Positions 61,089 through 64,000 of a stretch of DNA of 64,000 nt are shown in pieces. The position numbers and the translations under genes are program-made. Source of the DNA: Mobula hypostoma (lineage: Eukaryota). The stretch covers positions 33,668,001 to 33,732,000 of the forward strand of contig NC_086108.1 in the NCBI RefSeq assembly GCF_963921235.1. The letters run 5' to 3'. Below the pieces are notes generated by a model. It made no database searches. It saw only the letters and a program-made list of their open reading frames with translations, and was not told the DNA's origin. Positions within the stretch are counted from its first letter, which is position 1; each line of letters opens with the position of its first letter.

Positions 61089-62795
61089 AGACCATAAGAT
61101 ATAGGAGCAGAAGTAGGCTATTCGGCCCAAAAAGTCCACTCCGCCATTCAATCATGGGCTGATCCAATTCTTCCAGTGATCCTCACTCACCTGCTTTCAC
61201 CCCATACCCTTTGATGCCCTGGCTAATCAAGAACCTATCTATCTCTGCCTTAAATATACCCAATGACCAACTCCAGAGCTGCTCGTGGCAACAAATTCCA
61301 CAGATTTACCACCCTCTGAATAAAGTAATTTCTCCGCACCTCAGTTCTAAAAGGACATCCTTCAATCCTGAAGTCATGCCCTCTTGTCCTAGAATCCCCT
61401 ACCATGGGAAATAACTTTGCCATATCTAATCTGTTCAGGCCTTTTAACATTCAGAATATTTCTATGAGATCCCCCCCTCTTTCTCTTGAACTCCAGGGAA
61501 TACAGCCCAAGAACTTCAAGACGTTCCTCATACCGTAACCCTCTCATTCTTGGAATCATTCTTGTGAATCTTCTCTGAACCCTCTCCAATGTCAGTATAT
61601 CTTTCCTAAAATAAGGAGCCCAAAACTGCACACAATACTCCAAGTGCGGTTTCACAAATGCCTCAACAACACATCCCTGCTCTTATATTCTATACCTCTA
61701 GAAATATATGCCAACATTGCATTCACCTTCTTCACAACTGACTCAACCTGGAAGTTAACCTTTAGGGTATCTTGTACAAGGACTCCCAAGTCTCTTTGCA
61801 TCTCTGCATTTTGAATTCTCTCCCCATCTAAATAATAGTCTGCCTTTTTATTTCTTTCACCAAAGTGCGTGACCATACACTTTCCAACATTGTATTTCAC
61901 TTGCCACTTTTTTTGCCCATTCCCCTAATCTATCTAAGTCTCTCTGCAGGCTCTCTGTTTCCTCAACACTACCCGCTCCTCCACCTATCCTTTTATCAAC
62001 AGCAAATTTAGTCACAAATCCATTAATACCGTAGTCCAAATCATTGACATACATCGTAAAAAGCAGCAGTCCCAATACCGACTCCTGTGGAACTCCACTG
62101 GTAACCGGCAGCCAGCCAGAATAGGATCCCTTTATTCCCACTCTCTGTTTTCTGCTGACTAGCCAATGCTCCACCCACGCTAGTAACTTCCCTGTAATTC
62201 CATGGGCGCTCATCTTGCTAAGCAGCCTCGTATGCAACACCTTGTCAAAGGCCTTCTGAAAATCCAGGTACACCACGTCCACTGCATCTCCTTTGTCTAC
62301 CCTGCTTGTAATTTCTTCAAAAAAATTGCAGTAGGTTAGTCAGACAGGGTTTTCTTTTCAGGAAACCATGCTGGCTTTGACCTATCTTGTCATGTGCCTC
62401 CAAGTACTCCATAATCTCATCCCAAACAATTGTTTCCAACAACTTCCCATCCACTGATGTCAGGCTAACAGGTCTATAGTTTCCATTCTGCTGCCTCCTA
62501 CCCTTCTTAACTAGCGGAGAAACATTGGCAATTTTCCAGTCATCCGGTACAATGCCAGAATCTATCAATTCTTGAAAGATCATCGTTAATGCCTCCGCAA
62601 CCTCTCCAGCTACTTCCTTCAGAACCTGAGGGTGCATTCCATCAGGTCCAGGAGATTTATCCACCCTCAGACCATTAAGCTTCCTGAGCACCTTCTCAGT
62701 CATAACTTTCACTGCACAAACTTCACTTCCCTGACACTCTTGAATGTCCGGTATACTGCAGACATCTTCCACTGTGAAGACTAATGCAAAATATG
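61089..62795 (-). mobile_element. 5'-truncated CR1 LINE, same subfamily as 3668-7752
   Basis: Consecutive ORFs 62317-62772, 61857-62282, 61652-61900, 61389-61655 and 61250-61450 cover the RT (VYLDFQKAFDKV, SGVPQESVLG) to the C-terminus; colinear with 3668-5350. Confidence 0.93.
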
Positions 62796-62799
62796 ATGC

Positions 62800-62840
62800 T
62801 TAATCCTGCCTCCCTGAACAAAGCAGGGAGGCAGGATTAA
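62800..62840. repeat. Perfect 17-bp inverted repeat with 7-nt spacer
   Basis: TTAATCCTGCCTCCCTG-aacaaag-CAGGGAGGCAGGATTAA. Confidence 0.9.
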
Positions 62841-63497
62841 TACTAGAGAATGTCCAGTAGATTTAGAGTATGGGGAAGAGTCTTGAAGGAGATTTAAGGG
62901 GGGCCTTTTTCACCCAGTGTGGTGAGTATACGGTATTTTTTGCTGGAGAGTGTGGGATTGCTAACAGTACTTAAAATCTGTCCAGATAAACATTTGAACC
63001 TCCTGGGCATTGAAGGCCATGAGGAAAGATCTAGAAGTTGGCACAAATATAAATGGGGCCCACAGGTCAGCTTGGACATGGATGGCTGAATGGATATTTC
63101 CTGTGTTTTCTGACATTGTAACTCTTTATATATCCTTAAGTGAGCTCATACATGCACAATGGTTTCATTTGATCCTATAAGATACCATGATTCCCTGATA
63201 ATTGTTACATAATTGAGGAAAAATTCATTGGAGGGAACTACTGAGGCAGGTCTACAATGTACCATCAACTCTTTTCAAAAACCAAACTATTTCCAATAAA
63301 CAAGTAAATAAGATTTCAATATCCGCAGCCTCTTGTATCACCACCAACATTTCTTTCTAGCTGTGGTAGGTTTGATTTATAGAGGACTGAGTAGGAATTG
63401 TAAAGATAAGTGGTTGTGAAGGAAACAAAAGAACATTGGATGGAATGTGGAACATCTCTGCAGAGAACACAATTGCAGTATTAGCCACACCTCAGTC

Positions 63498-63585
63498 AGC
63501 CAAATTATATCTACTGTGATTCAAAGTTGAAAAACAATAAAACATGACAACTTCCAAGGTGTGTGAATACTTTTTGTAGCCACTG
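63498..63585. mobile_element. Isolated terminal fragment of the same Tc1 family as 14144-15758
   Basis: gccaaatta...aacaataaaacatgacaacttccaaggtgtgtgaatactttttgtagccactg-TA matches 15672-15758. Confidence 0.8.
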
Positions 63586-64000
63586 TATAAATAGCTAGGG
63601 TGCCTAAGACTTTTGCACAGTATTGTAGTAATTTTACCTCTTACACGATACTGCTGACACAAAAAAAAACAGATTTCAAGACATATACGAGTGATGATTA
63701 ATCTGATTCTGATATGGGTCTGTATTGTGGACTGAGACTGAGAAGAGGGCAGGGAGAGGGGAATCATTGTTGGGAAAAGGGGAAGGGAGAGGTGAAGGAG
63801 TGGAAAGCACCATATAGAGACATTCTGTAGTGATCAATATCCAATTTTTTGGAATTAATTTACCTTACCTGGTGTCTCAGGGCCGGATGTGTCTGTGCCT
63901 GTGTCACCTCACCCCTGGATCTTCTCTGCCACCCCTCTCTTCACCATTCACACTTCCCATTCCCAACATCCTTTGCTCCTGGCAGATCTACAAACTCATT

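Noticed and set aside
1..64000. CRISPR arrays, operons, prokaryotic defence systems or endogenous viral ORFs
   Set aside because: No regularly spaced repeats or long ORFs (longest is 176 aa); the sequence is vertebrate intronic or intergenic DNA.

Overview
Eukaryotic, AT-rich, repeat-dense genomic DNA. The repeat landscape (CR1 LINEs, Rex1/Babar-like LINEs, Penelope-like elements, tRNA-derived and Deu-domain SINEs, an IR/DR Tc1) looks like a cartilaginous fish, probably a ray; this is inferred from repeat content only. Almost all ORFs in the supplied track are retroelement fragments or chance ORFs. The only credible host coding sequence is a minus-strand signal-peptide exon (20960-21061, MIIAPFPMMLLMLIHCLGLAGAQVIP, phase-1 GT donor) resembling the first coding exon of DDR2-type or long-isoform ROBO1-type receptors, with a possible upstream exon at 27706-27789. 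The window is therefore probably the 5' intronic part of a large cell-surface receptor gene. The most interesting signals are self-cleaving RNA folds carried by retroelements: (i) an HDV-like nested double-pseudoknot at the 5' end of a 632-bp non-coding, TSD-flanked insertion (42257-42888), and (ii) minimal hammerhead motifs in Penelope pseudo-LTRs, one with an intact catalytic core (54277-54314, minus). Several nested insertions with readable target-site duplications, a local inverted duplication, two adjacent solo-LTR-like elements, a 79-bp hAT-type MITE and a Harbinger-type Myb/SANT remnant are also visible. Boundaries of old degenerate repeats are approximate.
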